A stretch of DNA of 64,000 nucleotides from Squalus acanthias. Taxonomy: Eukaryota. The position numbers and the translations under genes are program-made. The stretch lies in the NCBI GenBank assembly GCA_030390025.1, contig CM059432.1, positions 18,850,001 through 18,914,000 on the forward strand, written 5' to 3'. This document shows positions 1 to 13,200 of the stretch, one piece after another; positions within the stretch are counted from its first letter, which is position 1; the number at the start of each line of letters is the position of its first letter. The notes under the pieces were generated by a model, which saw only the letters and a list, made by a program, of their open reading frames with translations, ran no database searches and had not been told where the DNA came from.

Positions 1-167
1 ATGTAGGGAAAGATTTGAATAGATTTTTTCTGTGTTTATATTGTGAATTCTGGGAGATTCTCTCACAGCTACCTTACCTGAAGAAGGAGCGAACAGCTCC
101 GAAAGCTTGTAAAATTAAATAAATCTGTTGGACTATAACCTGGTGTTGTGCGACTTCTGATTTTTGT
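1..167 (+). mobile_element. Penelope-like element 3' terminal (pLTR) fragment, cut by the window start
   Basis: Near-identical to 60098-60263, which follows a GIY-YIG ORF; contains a hammerhead motif. Confidence 0.85.
74..112 (+). ncRNA. Minimal type I hammerhead ribozyme motif
   Basis: TTAC-CTGAAGA-A-GGAGC(gaaca)GCTCC-GAAA-GC-TT-GTAA: helix I TTAC/GTAA, CUGANGA and GAAA cores, palindromic AAGCTT helix III. Confidence 0.75.
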
Positions 168-667
168 TTGTTTTTGGCCATTGCAGTACAGCGGCTCCTT
201 TCGCTCTGTGACAGGTAAAGTGATGTTTGTTTTACTTGCAATTACTGTTTGATAATGCTGTTAGGGTGCTTTGATTCAGTGATGCAGTTCTCTTGGTGAA
301 AGGGTGAACAAGGACTTAAACAGGGAAATGTTTTAAAGGTTGCTTTACAGTTTGACACTTAATTACCTGTGTACTGTGTCACTGATGCCGGCCTTTTCTA
401 AATGGCTACATCTTTGTTAATGTTCACATTGAACTAATTTTCCGTAGTGAATGTTCATATATTGCACTGAATGTCTGAACTATGACAGTTCACCTGCTCT
501 GTTGCTGCTCAGTCAGCTGTGTTTTCGGTTTGAAAGTTCACTTTGTTGATGCTCATTGCTAATTGATGCCCGTTTGTGTGACATTTGTTGAATAAAGCTT
601 TAACTGTTTGTTACATTGTCTGGTCTGGCAGTCTGTGCAATCACAGTGCCACAGATAATGGTCCACA

Positions 668-1209
668 TGCTCCTTACCTAAGAAAGGATATACTTGCTGC
701 AGAGGGAGTGCAGCGAAGGTTCACCAGACTGATTCCTGGGATGGCAGGACTGTCGGATGAGGGGAGATTGGGTCGACTAGGCCTGTATTCACTAGAGTTT
801 AGAAGAATGAGAGGGGGTCTCATTGAAACATATAAAATTCTGACAGGGCTAGACAGACTGGATGCAGGGAGGATGTTTCCCCTGGCTGGGGGGGTCTAGA
901 ACGAGGGGTCACAGTCTCAGGATACAGGGGTAGGACATTTAGAACTGAGATGAGGAGAAATTTCATCACTCAGAGGGTGGTGAACCTGTGGAATTCTCTA
1001 CCACAGAAGGCTGTGGAGGCCAAGTCACTGAATATATTTAAGAAGGAGATAGATAGATTTCTAGACACAAAAGGCATCAAGAGGTATGGGGAGAGAGTGG
1101 GAATATGGTATTGAGATGGAGGATCAGCCATGATCATATTGAATGGCGGAGCAGGCTCGAAGGGCCGAATGGCCTACTCCTGCTCCTACTTTTCTATGTT
1201 GTTTCTATG
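668..1209 (+). mobile_element. CR1 LINE 3' fragment
   Basis: ORF2 C-terminus (PYLRKDILAAEGVQRRFTRLIPGM), 3' hairpin GGCCGAATGGCC, TTCTATG-type tail. Confidence 0.9.
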
Positions 1210-1278
1210 GTTGAGATGCCCTTGTTGTCAATTTGCTTTGCTTTAAGGAGGGGGAAGGGGTTCTGAAAGTAGGGGCAA

Positions 1279-2030
1279 TCAGCTGCTCAATACTTCTGTT
1301 AGGAATCGCCTTCTGGCTTCCCTGGCCTCTCTACGCATTGACTCCTCTGAGCGTTCATCACCCCTTGGCTCTGGGATGTGAAGGTCGAGACCCTTGGGTT
1401 CCAAGGGTTCCTCGGCCGCCATGTCCAGGCTGAGCTCCTCCCACAAGGCAAAATTGTGCAGTGGACAACAGGCCACAAGAATCCTTGCCACCCTTTGAAG
1501 GCGCACCTCCCAACCTGTCCTGGCAGCTGAAGTGAGCCAGGGTCAGGATCGGAGGGTGGGGGGTGTGGTTGGGGGGTGTGGGGGCGGGGGAAAGATCGGG
1601 GTTTGGGAGCGGTGGTGATCAGAGGAAGGGGTCGGGAGCGGCGGCGGGCTTTTGTTTATTGTTAAATGTGGAGCACTCTTGCTCCTCTGGCCTCCACTAT
1701 CCGGCAAGTAAATGTGAAAAACTTACCTTGTAGGCTGCAGGCAAATCGCAAGTCCTGGTTTTACAGGATGCAGCCGGGGTTGGCGCGGGATGCCTCAGGA
1801 CAAACCAATCTTGAAGTGGGGGCCGAAAACAGGCATTTGGCCCTTTAATTGCAGACGCAAAGGCCCTAGGGCCTGCTTCAGGTGTGGGTAAAGGACGCCT
1901 ACTTTTTTTCTTTTGCCAATATGGTGGGCGGCGCACTGCCGGCCGCAAATGTGCATGTGCATCCTGCCCGCCATTTTGTGGGCATAGTAGCGTCCGAAAA
2001 ACGAGCACTGCGCGGTCAAATTTATAGGCT
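1279..2030 (-). mobile_element. Decayed PIF/Harbinger element with transposase C-terminal remnant
   Basis: Peptide RVARILVACCPLHNFAL at 1279-1506 resembles the HARBI1/Harbinger transposase C-terminal motif (IIxACxxLHN); GC-rich end finishing AAATTTATAGGC at about 2030. Confidence 0.6.
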
Positions 2031-2933
2031 TATATTTTTGAGAGATTAAAATGTTACTGAAATGTAACAGCATATAAAAAGGCCTTGGCATAGTTTGTTG
2101 AGGTAAAGAACAAACACAATTTGCAGCAAGCATCTGCACATCTCGAGAAAGGGTCTTGAAAGCACTGCCATTGCTGTCTCAGTCCAGAAGGGTGCTGTAC
2201 TTTGATATTTGTTTCACTAAATGTAATTTATTGCTTGGTTAGGAAGAAAATTGGAACAGCGGTTTTATTGCAGTGCAGGTATTCTTTTATGTTTTGATGT
2301 GGAAGACTGAACATTCTCTCCAAGGCCTGAGAATGATGAGAGGATCAATAATGACCTCACTTGCTGCCATGGTTCTCGCCCGTCTACGCAAAAGAGAGAT
2401 CAGAAAGATCAGAGCGGATGAGTCATCTGAAGACATCCTGTAACGATTTGTTTCAATGTGAGTTTAGCTGCGATGGCCATATTTGTGGTTTTCATCAGCA
2501 GCACTAAATTGGATAATCAGAGAAGATAAGCCTAGGTTACTATAATTGTGATACAGCAATAACATGTTTCTTGCTTCGAGAAATTTATATCGGAGGCTAA
2601 ACTAACAATCTGGCAAGGACACAACAGCGCGAGCATGTCAAACAGCTAAGCTTCAACTGCGATACCCCACTAATAAATATTGACAGCTTTGAAAGCTTAT
2701 ATTTAAATTACGTTATTTAGCAATTACCGGGTTCAAATCTGATCCTTTTCAGGAGTACTTCTATTTTGAAGATAGAATTGAGAAAATAAATCACAAATCT
2801 AATGCACAAAACAGACTGTGTGGGTTTGAGGGTCAGCACAGGGCATATCTCTCATTTCATGCTGCTATGTAAAAATATGCTTCTTTCCTGACAGTGGATT
2901 TCTTCTCCCTGGTATTCGGGCTAACTCACTACT

Positions 2934-3230
2934 CTGGAGGTGAATTTCCGCAGGGATTCTCCCGATCGGTCCACGGTAACTTTGACTTTTGTGCTGGGTT
3001 CCAGGGGGTTTCCGTGGCTCTCCTGGCAAAATGTCGGCACACAATTGGGAGAATCCTCCCAGAAATTCACCCCCTTTATGTCCTGGCAAAGATCATTTTA
3101 CGAACCAGCTGACTAAGCGCCCAATATGGCGGGCAGGAAGCACGCGCCCATTTCTGGCTGGAAGTGCACCGCCCGCCATCTTAGATAAGGTGGTTGCACT
3201 GGTGTCAGGAGTGTACGTCTGGAAAATTCA
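2934..3230. repeat. Degenerate GC-rich MITE-like remnants
   Basis: GAATTTCC...GAAATTCACCCC ends; the CCAATATGGCGGGC...CCCGCCAT segment is shared with 1915-1975. Confidence 0.4.
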
Positions 3231-4206
3231 AAGATGGAAATAATGTATTTAAATTATAGCCACCAGGCTAAAACCAACGGCTCTGTGCATTTTTATGAAC
3301 CTCATTTCCATCAGGTACTGTCGGGCCTGGTTGTTGCTGACAAGAAAGCAGACAAGAATCGTATGCCAGCTGTCATCTCTGCCATCCTCTTATAATCTGA
3401 GCCTTCTTTGCCAGTTCTGGGCAAAGATAAGGCATGGGCGGCAATCCGCAATATAATAGCAGATGAAAAGAGGAGTCGTCCTTTTTTCGGTACGGTTCTG
3501 CTTCTTTAAATAGCATCCGCTTTTTACTTAATGCTTCAGTTCCCCTTGTATAAAGAGAACATGGCCACAAAATTGTATTTTTATTTCCATTCTCCGTGCT
3601 TCAAAGGACAAATAGAAAATAACACTTGGCAATCATTCTGTGACCGTTCATGTATTATGAATGCAGGCATAAGTGACAAAAGCTTCAGCAGAAGATTTGC
3701 ATAACAAAGACATATAAATGCATATTACTTTACTACGTCTGCTTTACTGTAAAAATAATTAAACTGCAACACCATTGTAAGAACATTGGCAACATTGAAT
3801 TCTTTGTGTTCATCTCTAAAAGCTAGGAGTTTCATAATTGCAGTGGAAGGATTTGCATAACTGGTAAACATCCATCAAAGAAACAACCTGGAACTCTGAA
3901 ATGCAAACAGAAAATGTTGGAAGTGCACAATGAGAATGTCGGCATCTGAAAAGAGGAAAAACCAGGTTGACAAAAGGGCCCTATAATTTGCCTCATCTGT
4001 TGCGTCGGGAAAAAAACAAGTTAACTGGGTGGGCAGGGCTGGGAAATCAGTCGGCGACCCGTTACCCCAGCTCTCCGTCCCTTTTATGCGCTGTCTAACA
4101 TTCTGCCAGGAGCAGGAGCGGGTGCATTGTTATGTAACGCAAACGAGGGAAATATGTCTAAAAGGTATTTCCTGTCATTCGTGCCGTTAGCAATGTTGGT
4201 CACAAG

Positions 4207-4662
4207 AAATAAAAAGAAAGACTTGCATTTATATAGCACCGTTCACGCCCACCGGACGTCTCAAAGCGCTTTACAACCAATGAAGTACTTAAAAAGTGTA
4301 GTCATTGTTGTAATGTAGAAAACACAGCAGCCAAATTGTGCACAGCAAGCTCCCACAAACAGCAATGTGATAATGACCAGATAATCTGTTTTTTGTTATG
4401 TTGATTGAGGGATAAATATTGGCCAGGACACCAGGGATAACTCCCCTGCTCTTCTTCGAAATAGTGCCATGGGATCTTTTACGTCCACCTGAGAGAGTAG
4501 ACGGGGCCTCAGTTTAACATCTCATCCGAAAGACGGCACCTCCGACAGTGCAGCACTCCCTCAGCACTGCACTGGAGTGTCAGCCTAGATTTTTGTGCTC
4601 AAGTCTCTGGAGTGGGACCTGAACCCACAACCTTCTGACTCAGAGGTGAGAGTGCTACCCAC
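4207..4662 (-). mobile_element. tRNA-derived SINE (Deu-domain type, SacSINE1-like), head truncated
   Basis: Reverse complement of the full copy at 57929-58393; B-box-like GGTTCAGGTCC; tail ATATAAATGCAAGTCTTTC. Confidence 0.85.
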
Positions 4663-4875
4663 TTATTTTAAATTTTTTAAATTTTTTATTATATAATTTA
4701 TTGAACATTAAGAACATTTACAACATCGTGATCATTCCATTGTGTCATTCAAATCCATTCCGCCGCTCTGCACAGCCATTCCTCCACCACATTTTAACCT
4801 CAAAACCTGAAGTTTAATTTGTCTCCCATAACATATATCAATCGATTGTACTTTAAAAATTGATCATAAAATACT

Positions 4876-6514
4876 GGCACAGAAATTAAAGACTGAGGGG
4901 TAGAAATTAGGTCGCGCCCCATTTGGGGCGCAAATATCGTCTGGACGCAAATATTAGCGCCTGGCGCTAATTATCGGCACTGACTGGAAACTTCACTTTT
5001 ACCGCCCCAGGAGGTGAGTGGAGCGCTAAAGCAGGCGCTGCACACCTGTCTTAAGGCGCAAAGGCCGAGGAGTGAGGCGCTAACTCAGAGCGCTGGCGAA
5101 GCTCATGTAATGTCAGTCAGCAATGGAACACACACACAATGGCACGGGCCAGTTCTTAAAGGGGATGGTTAATCTTGCTTTCCATCCACATCCTGTTCAT
5201 TGCAGCCTTGAATCTCGGCCTGGAGAGACTTGCACATCAAATGTGCTGGAAAGAACAATGGAGAGTACCAGGCAAAGAGCTCAGAGTGCAGCTCCCACAG
5301 TCTCTGCTAAATCGATACAAGGAATGGCAAATCAAAATGAACCTGCAAAGTGCTGCTCAGTACCCAAAACTCCTTCACACAACGTTGAATCTCTCCAGAA
5401 GTCTCTCCCTCTCTCTCTCAGAATGCGTAGTTCAAAAATGCCACCAACAATAAAAGACAGGAAGAGGCCCCCTTTAAATAGCGCCCCCCCCAGCCCCACA
5501 GCGATTGATAGCGTTCCAGTCTTCTGGTCGTTGGATGCGCCAGGCGGTAAGGCAGGGGGCGCCACTCAATTTCCGCTCCGGGGCGCCACAAGGGCGTTGC
5601 ACCATGGAATGATGTCACAATCTGCGCGTGCAGGTGGTCGCAGCGGTAAGTTTTAGCGCCGCCGCACAATGTCAAGTTAAGTTCCCGAGCGGTGCAAACA
5701 TCGCTGCGCCCGGGCGTTAGCGGCTTTGCGCCCCATTAGCGCTCTCTTAAGGCGCTAACGGGAGGCGCAACCAACTGAATTTTTACCCCTGAGTGTTGAC
5801 GCGGGGGTAAGGCTTCCCCGCGATCTCTCACTCCGCGTTGGCTTTTTCAGTTCCAGCTCGCACGAACTTGATGTTCTAGACATCAGCTGGGCAGTGCTTG
5901 CGTATCCCACCGGCGTAGTGAATTCGTGCGAGCTGTGGGATCACGTGACTCAGTTAGAGCCAATGGCAGCACACCATCTTCCATTCATAAGTTTCACATA
6001 AGTGCTGTGAGAGCTATGAATCTTACACACCCCCAAAATAACAGCTAAACCTCAATTAAATTTTTAAAAAAAACCATCACATTAATAAAATAAGTATAGT
6101 TAAATAAATTAACCATTTTAAATAAAAAATTAAATTTTTGAAAAAATTTAAAATCTTTTAAAAAGTTATAAAAATAAACTTACCTGTCTTTAAAGTCTCT
6201 AAAAAAGATATACCTGTTAAAAAAAATTCAAAATAATACTTAATTCACAACTTACCTTGTTAAAAGTGGGTCTTACTCCTCCTTTTTTATTTCTAAAATC
6301 TTCCGTACTTACCTGCGCGTCCAAAGCACTAAGTGCACAGCGTGCGCGCAGCCTGTAGCGCGCACGTGATGCACCGAGGAACCGCCCCCTTTTCCAAAAA
6401 CCAAGTGCCGGTTTTCAGCGCATGCGCAGTGCATGCAGAAAACCGGCAATTGGAGACAGAATACGCGAGAGTACACAGTGCGTACTCTCGCGTCGCGGGA
6501 CTAATTTTTGGGCC
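4876..6514. mobile_element. Harbinger-type MITE, family B, copy 1 (contains a family A copy)
   Basis: TIRs GGCACAGAAATT / AATTTTTGGGCC; flanks ACT/AAT (imperfect 3-bp TSD); homologous to 24840-25602 and 39273-40036. Confidence 0.75.
4897..5789. mobile_element. Harbinger-type MITE, family A (GC-rich)
   Basis: TIRs GGGGTAGAAATTAG / CTGAATTTTTACCCC; TSD TGA at 4894-96 and 5790-92; collinear with 19654-20537. Confidence 0.85.
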
Positions 6515-9500
6515 AATATCTTTAAATTCCTTTCTGAATAAAATATCAACAGAGCCTTATAATGATCTTTTAGCTTATATTTAAAATACTCTTTTAGATT
6601 GATTCTCCTCCCCTTAAAAACCAGAGCATTCTTTCTTTGCACAATCACGAATCTAGCCAAACTGAACTCAGGCAGACTCTCCTGCAATCCCCATCTCAAA
6701 ATTGAGTCCCACGGGATTCCTATTCTCGCTTTTCGGTCCCCACCCAGCAAAAAAACCTCACACAACTGTCGAACATAGTACTTAAAATCATTTAACTGCG
6801 GACATAACACCAGTAAATGGATAGAGTCTCATCCCGTGTCCCACACACTGGGCAAGTTGCCCCCTCCACTCGCCCAATCTTACAAAAGACCGTCATGGTA
6901 AAAATCCGGTTATGAGCCAATTTGAAATCCAGTTCAATCCACCCTGGACATTTAAAATTCACCCACACTCCCTTCCAAATCCTGTTAAAGTCCAGCTGTG
7001 GGTATATACTCTGCCAAAACTCCTGACCAGCAGGTGTCTTGAATCTCCATTCTCTAAATACCTCATAGAAATCTCGAGTATTACAATTGTCAAATTGGAC
7101 CAACTCTAAAGACAGCAGAAAGCTGGGAAAAGCGGGACGCATTTTACTTCCTTTGGAGATTTCCGCATTTATTTCTTCCATCTAATCCTGTGGCATTGCC
7201 CTCACAATCTTCTCATACATGATCATGATTGCTTTTTCCTCCACCTCCTGATCCTCCTCCCACACCATGTCCCTCACTATCGCTTCCGGCAACCAATCTG
7301 GATTTACCTCATATAATACATCTTTCACACATATAATACCAGCTTTTAGAAAAGCTTGATTAAATAAAACCTCTCCTTCGATGTTGACCCACCTGTTCAA
7401 AAATAAGGGTTGTTCTAAAAATTCCTCAGCACCCCTGGGCATAAACTGCACACTTTCTAAAAATTGAGCCCAAGTCTCTACAACCCCCTTATAAAACCTA
7501 GGGAGAGGTTTAATCGAGTTCAAAAACATATTATTGTATTCCATATACAATATCCCCTGCCCTCCTATCCCACTTCGTTTTAAAAAATGCTAAAAATAAC
7601 TCTTCCAAAAACTTGTATTTGACTTCTGAAGAAATCTCTTCACCCATTTGATTCTAAAGGATTTTTTCTTCAAGTCAATATCTGGGAAATTGAGTCCTCC
7701 CTGATTTCTACGTCCAATGATTGTATTGTAAGCCACCAAGGCTGGTTTCCCTTCCCATAAAAACCTCACACAAGCCTCTCAGATGGACTTTTCCGCCCAC
7801 TCAGGAATATCCTCCACCATCAATAAGTACCATAGCTTAGATAGCAGGAGAGCGGACAGCACTGTCGCTCTTCCTTGCACTTTCAACCACCTTCTTTCCC
7901 ATCTTTCCAAAATCTTTTTAATTTTCATAACCTTTGGTTCCCAATTTAATTGATCCACTTCATCCTTGTCTTTCTTGCACCCCATATGCACCCCCAGAAC
8001 TTCCAAAACCTCCACCACCTTAAAGGGACTTTCCTCCAACCATTCCCCCTACCCCTTCCTGCAACCAGGCATTGGGACTTACTATAATTTACTCTGGCTC
8101 CTGAAGCTCTACAATAGTCCTCCACTACATCCATAGCTTTCCTCGCTGACTCCCCATTTCTCAATGTTAAGGTTGTGTCATCTGCATATTGGTGTATCAC
8201 CGACACCAGCCCGGAACTGGGAACCGCAATCCCAACTACACTTTGTTTCTTTCGCATCATGTAACCTAATGGTTCTGCTACCAATGTGTACAACAATGGG
8301 GCCAGGGGACAACCCTGTCTCACTGACCTCTGTATCGGAAAATACTTGGATAAAAAACCATTACATTTAACGCAGCTAAATATGTTTGTATAAAAAATCC
8401 TTAACCACTCAATGAAATTTTCCCCAAAACCAAATGCTTCTAAAACCATCAATAAAAACTCATGAGAGACCCTATCAAAGGCTTTCTCTTGATCTATCTT
8501 TAATACATAAGACTCCCTCCCACTCTCTTCCATGAGCTCTATCGGATCTCGGATTGAGACCACAGAGTCTGCGATGTCCCGGCCTATGACTCCATAGGAC
8601 TGAGAGGGTAAAACTATCTGCGGCATCACCTCCTTCATACGATTTACCATAACCCTCGCCAAGATCTTATAATCCACATTTAATAATGTGATGGGCCTCC
8701 AATTCTTCAGATCCCTTCTATCCCCTTTATTTTTATAAGCTAAGCTTATGATACCTCTCCTCATAGATGGGGCCAGGCTTCCCTCAATTTTAATCTCCTT
8801 AAAAACCTCTAAGAGCAATGGACTTAAAATCTCAAACAATTCTTTGTAAAATTCTGCACTTAGTCCATCGGACCTTGGGCTTTTCCCCCCCTTCATTCCA
8901 CTTATTGCTACTTTTATTTCCGCTAATCCTACTTCTTTGTCACACATGCTTCTCTCATCCTCCTTTAAACCCTCTTCAATAAAAGCATTAACCTTCTCCA
9001 TCACCAAATTGGAAATGTCTTCTTTTGTATATAACTCTTGATAAAAGCTGCTAGCCGCCTCTACAATCTCCCCACTTTCATTAATGATCTTCTCCCCAAC
9101 CTTCAACTCTCCAATTAATGATAATCTCTGTCGCAGCTTCTCTTGCTCTAGAAAATATCTAGTGCATCTTTCGCCCTCCAATGCATCTCTAGCCTTTGCA
9201 CGGAGAATGGCCCCCTTGCATTTTTCAGCTTGCAATAGTTCCCTTAAAACCCGGAACTTAGTCTCAGCTCCCTTATCCCCTCCGTCAACTGCTTTACAGA
9301 CATCCATAAACCTTTTGTTTATATTCTCTTCTCGACGCCGGTTAGCCGCCGCTCTCTCTTTCCCATAACGTACTGAAAAAACTTTTACCTCGTATTTAAA
9401 ATTGTCCCACCAAACTCTTCTTTCTTTCAAGAGCAAAGGTTCCTTCCGAGCATTCTTTATTATATTTAAAATCCCTTCTTTATAAGCAATTTCTTTCAAG

Positions 9501-9569
9501 TATTGATTGTTTAAAATCCACACCCCTGTCCATGTTAAACCAGGAGGGTAAGAAGGTCTGAAGCAGTGG

Positions 9570-9822
9570 CTTCTTCAGAATTCAGAGCGTGGTAAGAAGG
9601 TGGAACTCACTACCACATGGAATAGTCGAGGCGAATAATATAGATGCATTTAAGTGGAAGCTAGATAAGTACCTGAGGGAGAAAGAAATAGAAGGATACG
9701 TTGATAGGGTGAGATGAAGTAAGGCAGGAGGAGGATTGTGTGGAGCATAAACCCCGGCATAGACCTGTTGGACTAAATTGTCTGTTTCTGTACTGTAAAA
9801 CTCTGTAATTCTATGTAATTTA
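9570..9822 (+). mobile_element. Old CR1 3' end remnant
   Basis: WNSLP-like coding remnant and TAATTCTATG tail. Confidence 0.6.
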
Positions 9823-10000
9823 TAAGCTGATAAGATGTTCCCTCCTACAAGGCAGCATTGATCCTGATAAATGTTCTAATTCCTCCAGGTCCAGTGCTTA
9901 TTAGGTAGTAACGTCCATCTATGAGGTAACGTCCAATTAGGAGCTACTTCTTTTTTGCAGAAAGTCTCCGATCTCTGGAACAAGTTGCAGCCACATACAG

Positions 10001-10194
10001 TGTCGTAAGAATGAGCCTTACGCGTGGTGAACTTAAAGTAAGCTTTAATCAACTAAAAAGGTGCTACATACAAAAGAGGTCTTACTCTATGCCTCTCCCG
10101 GATCCAACTGATCAGTCCAGTATTTATCCTGGACTAATCACAGGAAGTGATGCAATAAAGTTCGAGTCACAGGAAGCTGTATTGTGTTACCACA
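10001..10194 (-). repeat. 3' LTR
   Basis: Identical by eye to 14276-14469; adjacent polypurine tract GGGGGGGGGAGAA on the minus strand (10195-10207). Confidence 0.95.
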
Positions 10195-10258
10195 TTCTCC
10201 CCCCCCCAAAAGATTAGGAGACCGGGATGAAGTTCGAGTCACAGGAAGCTGTATTGAG

Positions 10259-13200
10259 TTACCACATTCTCCCTCCATTTCGTAGCCGCTGGACGAGGGA
10301 GAGCCGCACCCGTTTGGGTTCTCGTAGCGGTAGAGGGCCCCTAGCCCGTTTACCCGCCGCGGGCCGTGGACCAGAGTCCGAGTGATCCAGCCCGCTCTGT
10401 GAGGGGTCAGAACGATCCTGACTGTGTACTGGTGCCCGAACGGGTGTCGGGCAGGGCTGTGGCAGATCCGTATCCGAGCGTACGGTACAGGGTGGATCGT
10501 GGCTGCGCGTGCGAGCCCCGACGGGCTCATAGTCAGTCTGCCCCAGGTCGGCACGCTGGAGTGAGGTACCAGCCGGCGTCAGATCCAGATCGTGATGAGA
10601 GGCACCTGGCGAGCCCAGAGATGTGCCTGGTACAATATCATCCCCTGGTGTCCCTCTATGTTTCGGCGGGCAGGGAGCCAGATCCCGCAATGACACGGTA
10701 GATTCCCGACCGTCAGGATACCGAATATAGGCGTAGGTAGGGTTGACGTCAGTGAGCTCAACCTCATCTACCAGGGGGTCATTCTTAGACGCCCGAACAT
10801 ATCTTCGGAGTAGCACTGGTCCCGGTGCAGTCAGCCACGACGGGAGAGATATCCCATAGGATGAGCGACGCTGAAATCGGAAGAACCGTTCAAGAGGCGT
10901 CGTATTTGTGGCGGTCGAAAGGAGGGACCGTGTGGAGTGTAATGTGTCTGGAAGTACTGCTTCCCATTGCTGGTTGGGTAGGCCCCGAGATCTCAAAGCT
11001 AGACGTACCGCATTCCAGATGATAGCATTAAAACGCTCGACTTGCCCATTCCCGACCGGGTGATAAGGCGTCGTTTTGCTGGCAGCAATACCCCGTTCCG
11101 AGAGATAGGCCTTGAGTTCTCCTGACATAAAAGAAGGGCCCCGATCCGAATGAACATAGGATGCCATGCCACAGAAAGCAAATACCTGCTCAAGGCAGCT
11201 GATAACCGTGGTCGTCAGCATATTGGGGCAGGGAAAGGCAAACGGAAAACGGGAATACTCATCGACCATGGTCAATAGATAAGTGTTGCGAGTTGAAGAG
11301 GGCAACGGCCCCTTAAAATCGATGCTAAGCCGTTGCATTGGCTGGGTCGCATGTATGAGTATACCACCCGAGGGGCGGAAAAACCGAGGTTTCAATTCCG
11401 CACAGACTCTGCAGTCCGAGCACATCTTCTTTACATCCCCGGTAGAGAATGGGAGATTTCGGGACCGCACGAAGTGTAGCATGCGAGTAACGCCCGGAAG
11501 ACACAACCCATCATGGATGTCTACGAGCGTAGAGGGTGCCATGGCGGAGCAGAATGCTCGTGTGAGGGTATCCGGAGCCACATTCTCCTTGCCAGGTCGA
11601 TAGTGGATGGTGTAACCAAAAGAGGCCAATTCCAGCCGCCAAAGCTGGATTTTATTATTTTTAATTTTGGTCCGTTTTCGATTATCGAGCATGAAGGCGA
11701 CCGATCGCTGGTCCGTGATTAAGGTAAAGTGCTGGCGAGCTAGGAGATGACTCCACTTCCGTACTGCCTCTGTGATAGCTGTAGCTTCTTTCTCGACTGG
11801 AGGATAATGTAGCTCAGCCCCTTGAAAAGTCCTGGACAAAAATGCCACCGGACAACCTTCCTGATTCAGAGTGGCCGAGATCGCCACCTCCGAGGCATCA
11901 CACTCAACGACAAAAGGAAGACTCTCATCGATGGAGTGAAGAGTCGCTTTCTCCAACTGTTTTTTCAGGAGTTTAAAGGCTGCAACAGCCGCTGTGTCTA
12001 GTGGGAATGTGCTGGCCTTCAGTAGAGGTTGGATTCGGTCCGAGAAGTTAGGAATCCATTTAGCATAGTATGCAAACAGGCCGAGGGCCCGGCGCAAGGA
12101 GGCCGGATTCTTAGGTGGCGGGAGTTCTTGGAGTGGGCGAAGCCTTTCAGGGTCAGGTTTAATGATGCCATTGCCCACACAATAGCCAAGGATGTTGATG
12201 GTTGGTTGTGACTCAATGGATTTAGCCGCATTTAATGTCAAATTACGGTGCTGGAGTGCGTCCCAAAATCGTTGGAGATTGGCGTCATGTTCCCGCTGAT
12301 TGCGACCTGCGACAGTAATATTGTCCAGATAAGGAAACGTATCCTTCAAGTCTTCCTGTTTGACCAGGTCATCCATTGCTCGCTGGAAGACAGCCACTCC
12401 ATTAGTGACCCCAAAGGGGAGGTGACGAAATTGATACAGCCGTCCATTGGCTTCAAAGGCCGTCTACTGCTTGTCTGAGACCTTCAAGGGTACCTGATGA
12501 TAGGCACTTTTTAGATCATATGTTGAGAACACCGTGTACTCAGCCAATTAATTAACCATATCATCGATGCGCGGCAATGGGTATGCGTCCAAGTCCGTAT
12601 ATTGATTGATGGTCTGTGAATAGTCAATGCACAGCCGTTTCTTGTGAGGTTGTAGAGGGTTCTTAACAATAACGACCTGGGCGCGCCATGGTGACGAACA
12701 AGGCTCGATGATATCCTCTGCTAAAAGCCGAGAAATCTCAGCCGCAATAAAAGACTGGTCTTCCTGACTGAAACGTCGTGACTTTGTTATAATCGGTTTG
12801 CATCGAGGAGGGATACTGGAAAACAGTGAGGGTTCATCCAGTGAAGTTGCTGACAATGCACAGAACGGTAATCGAGGTAGTATATTAGAAATAGTGAGTT
12901 CAGGTTTGGATCCGCCGAACTCAATGGTGAGCTTCTTATGCTGCTTTTGAAAATCCAGCCCTAAGATAAGATCACTACATAAGTCCTTGAGCACCGAAAG
13001 CCGGGTGGAGGGATACCTGCGACGATTAAGTGTTATTTCAACCATACAAAAGCCAGAAATTCTGGTATTAAGTGATGACTGAGCCATCGCAACTGCCTGG
13101 TCCGATGGGAAAACATGTAGCTTTAACTCTGCAACAATCTGTTCCCTAATGAAACTATCAGTGCTACCTGAGTCAATTAAGGCATCTAAAGTATGTCCAT

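Larger units (their letters stand above)
4664..9530 (-). mobile_element. 5'-truncated L1/Tx1-clade LINE, frameshifted ORF2, interrupted by nested MITEs
   Basis: ORF 7946-9523 has RT motifs (NWRPITLLNVDYKI, DQEKAFD, RQGCPLAP, YADD); C-terminal CPVC zinc finger at 6792-7181; AATAAA and A-rich tail at about 4664-4702. Confidence 0.9.
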
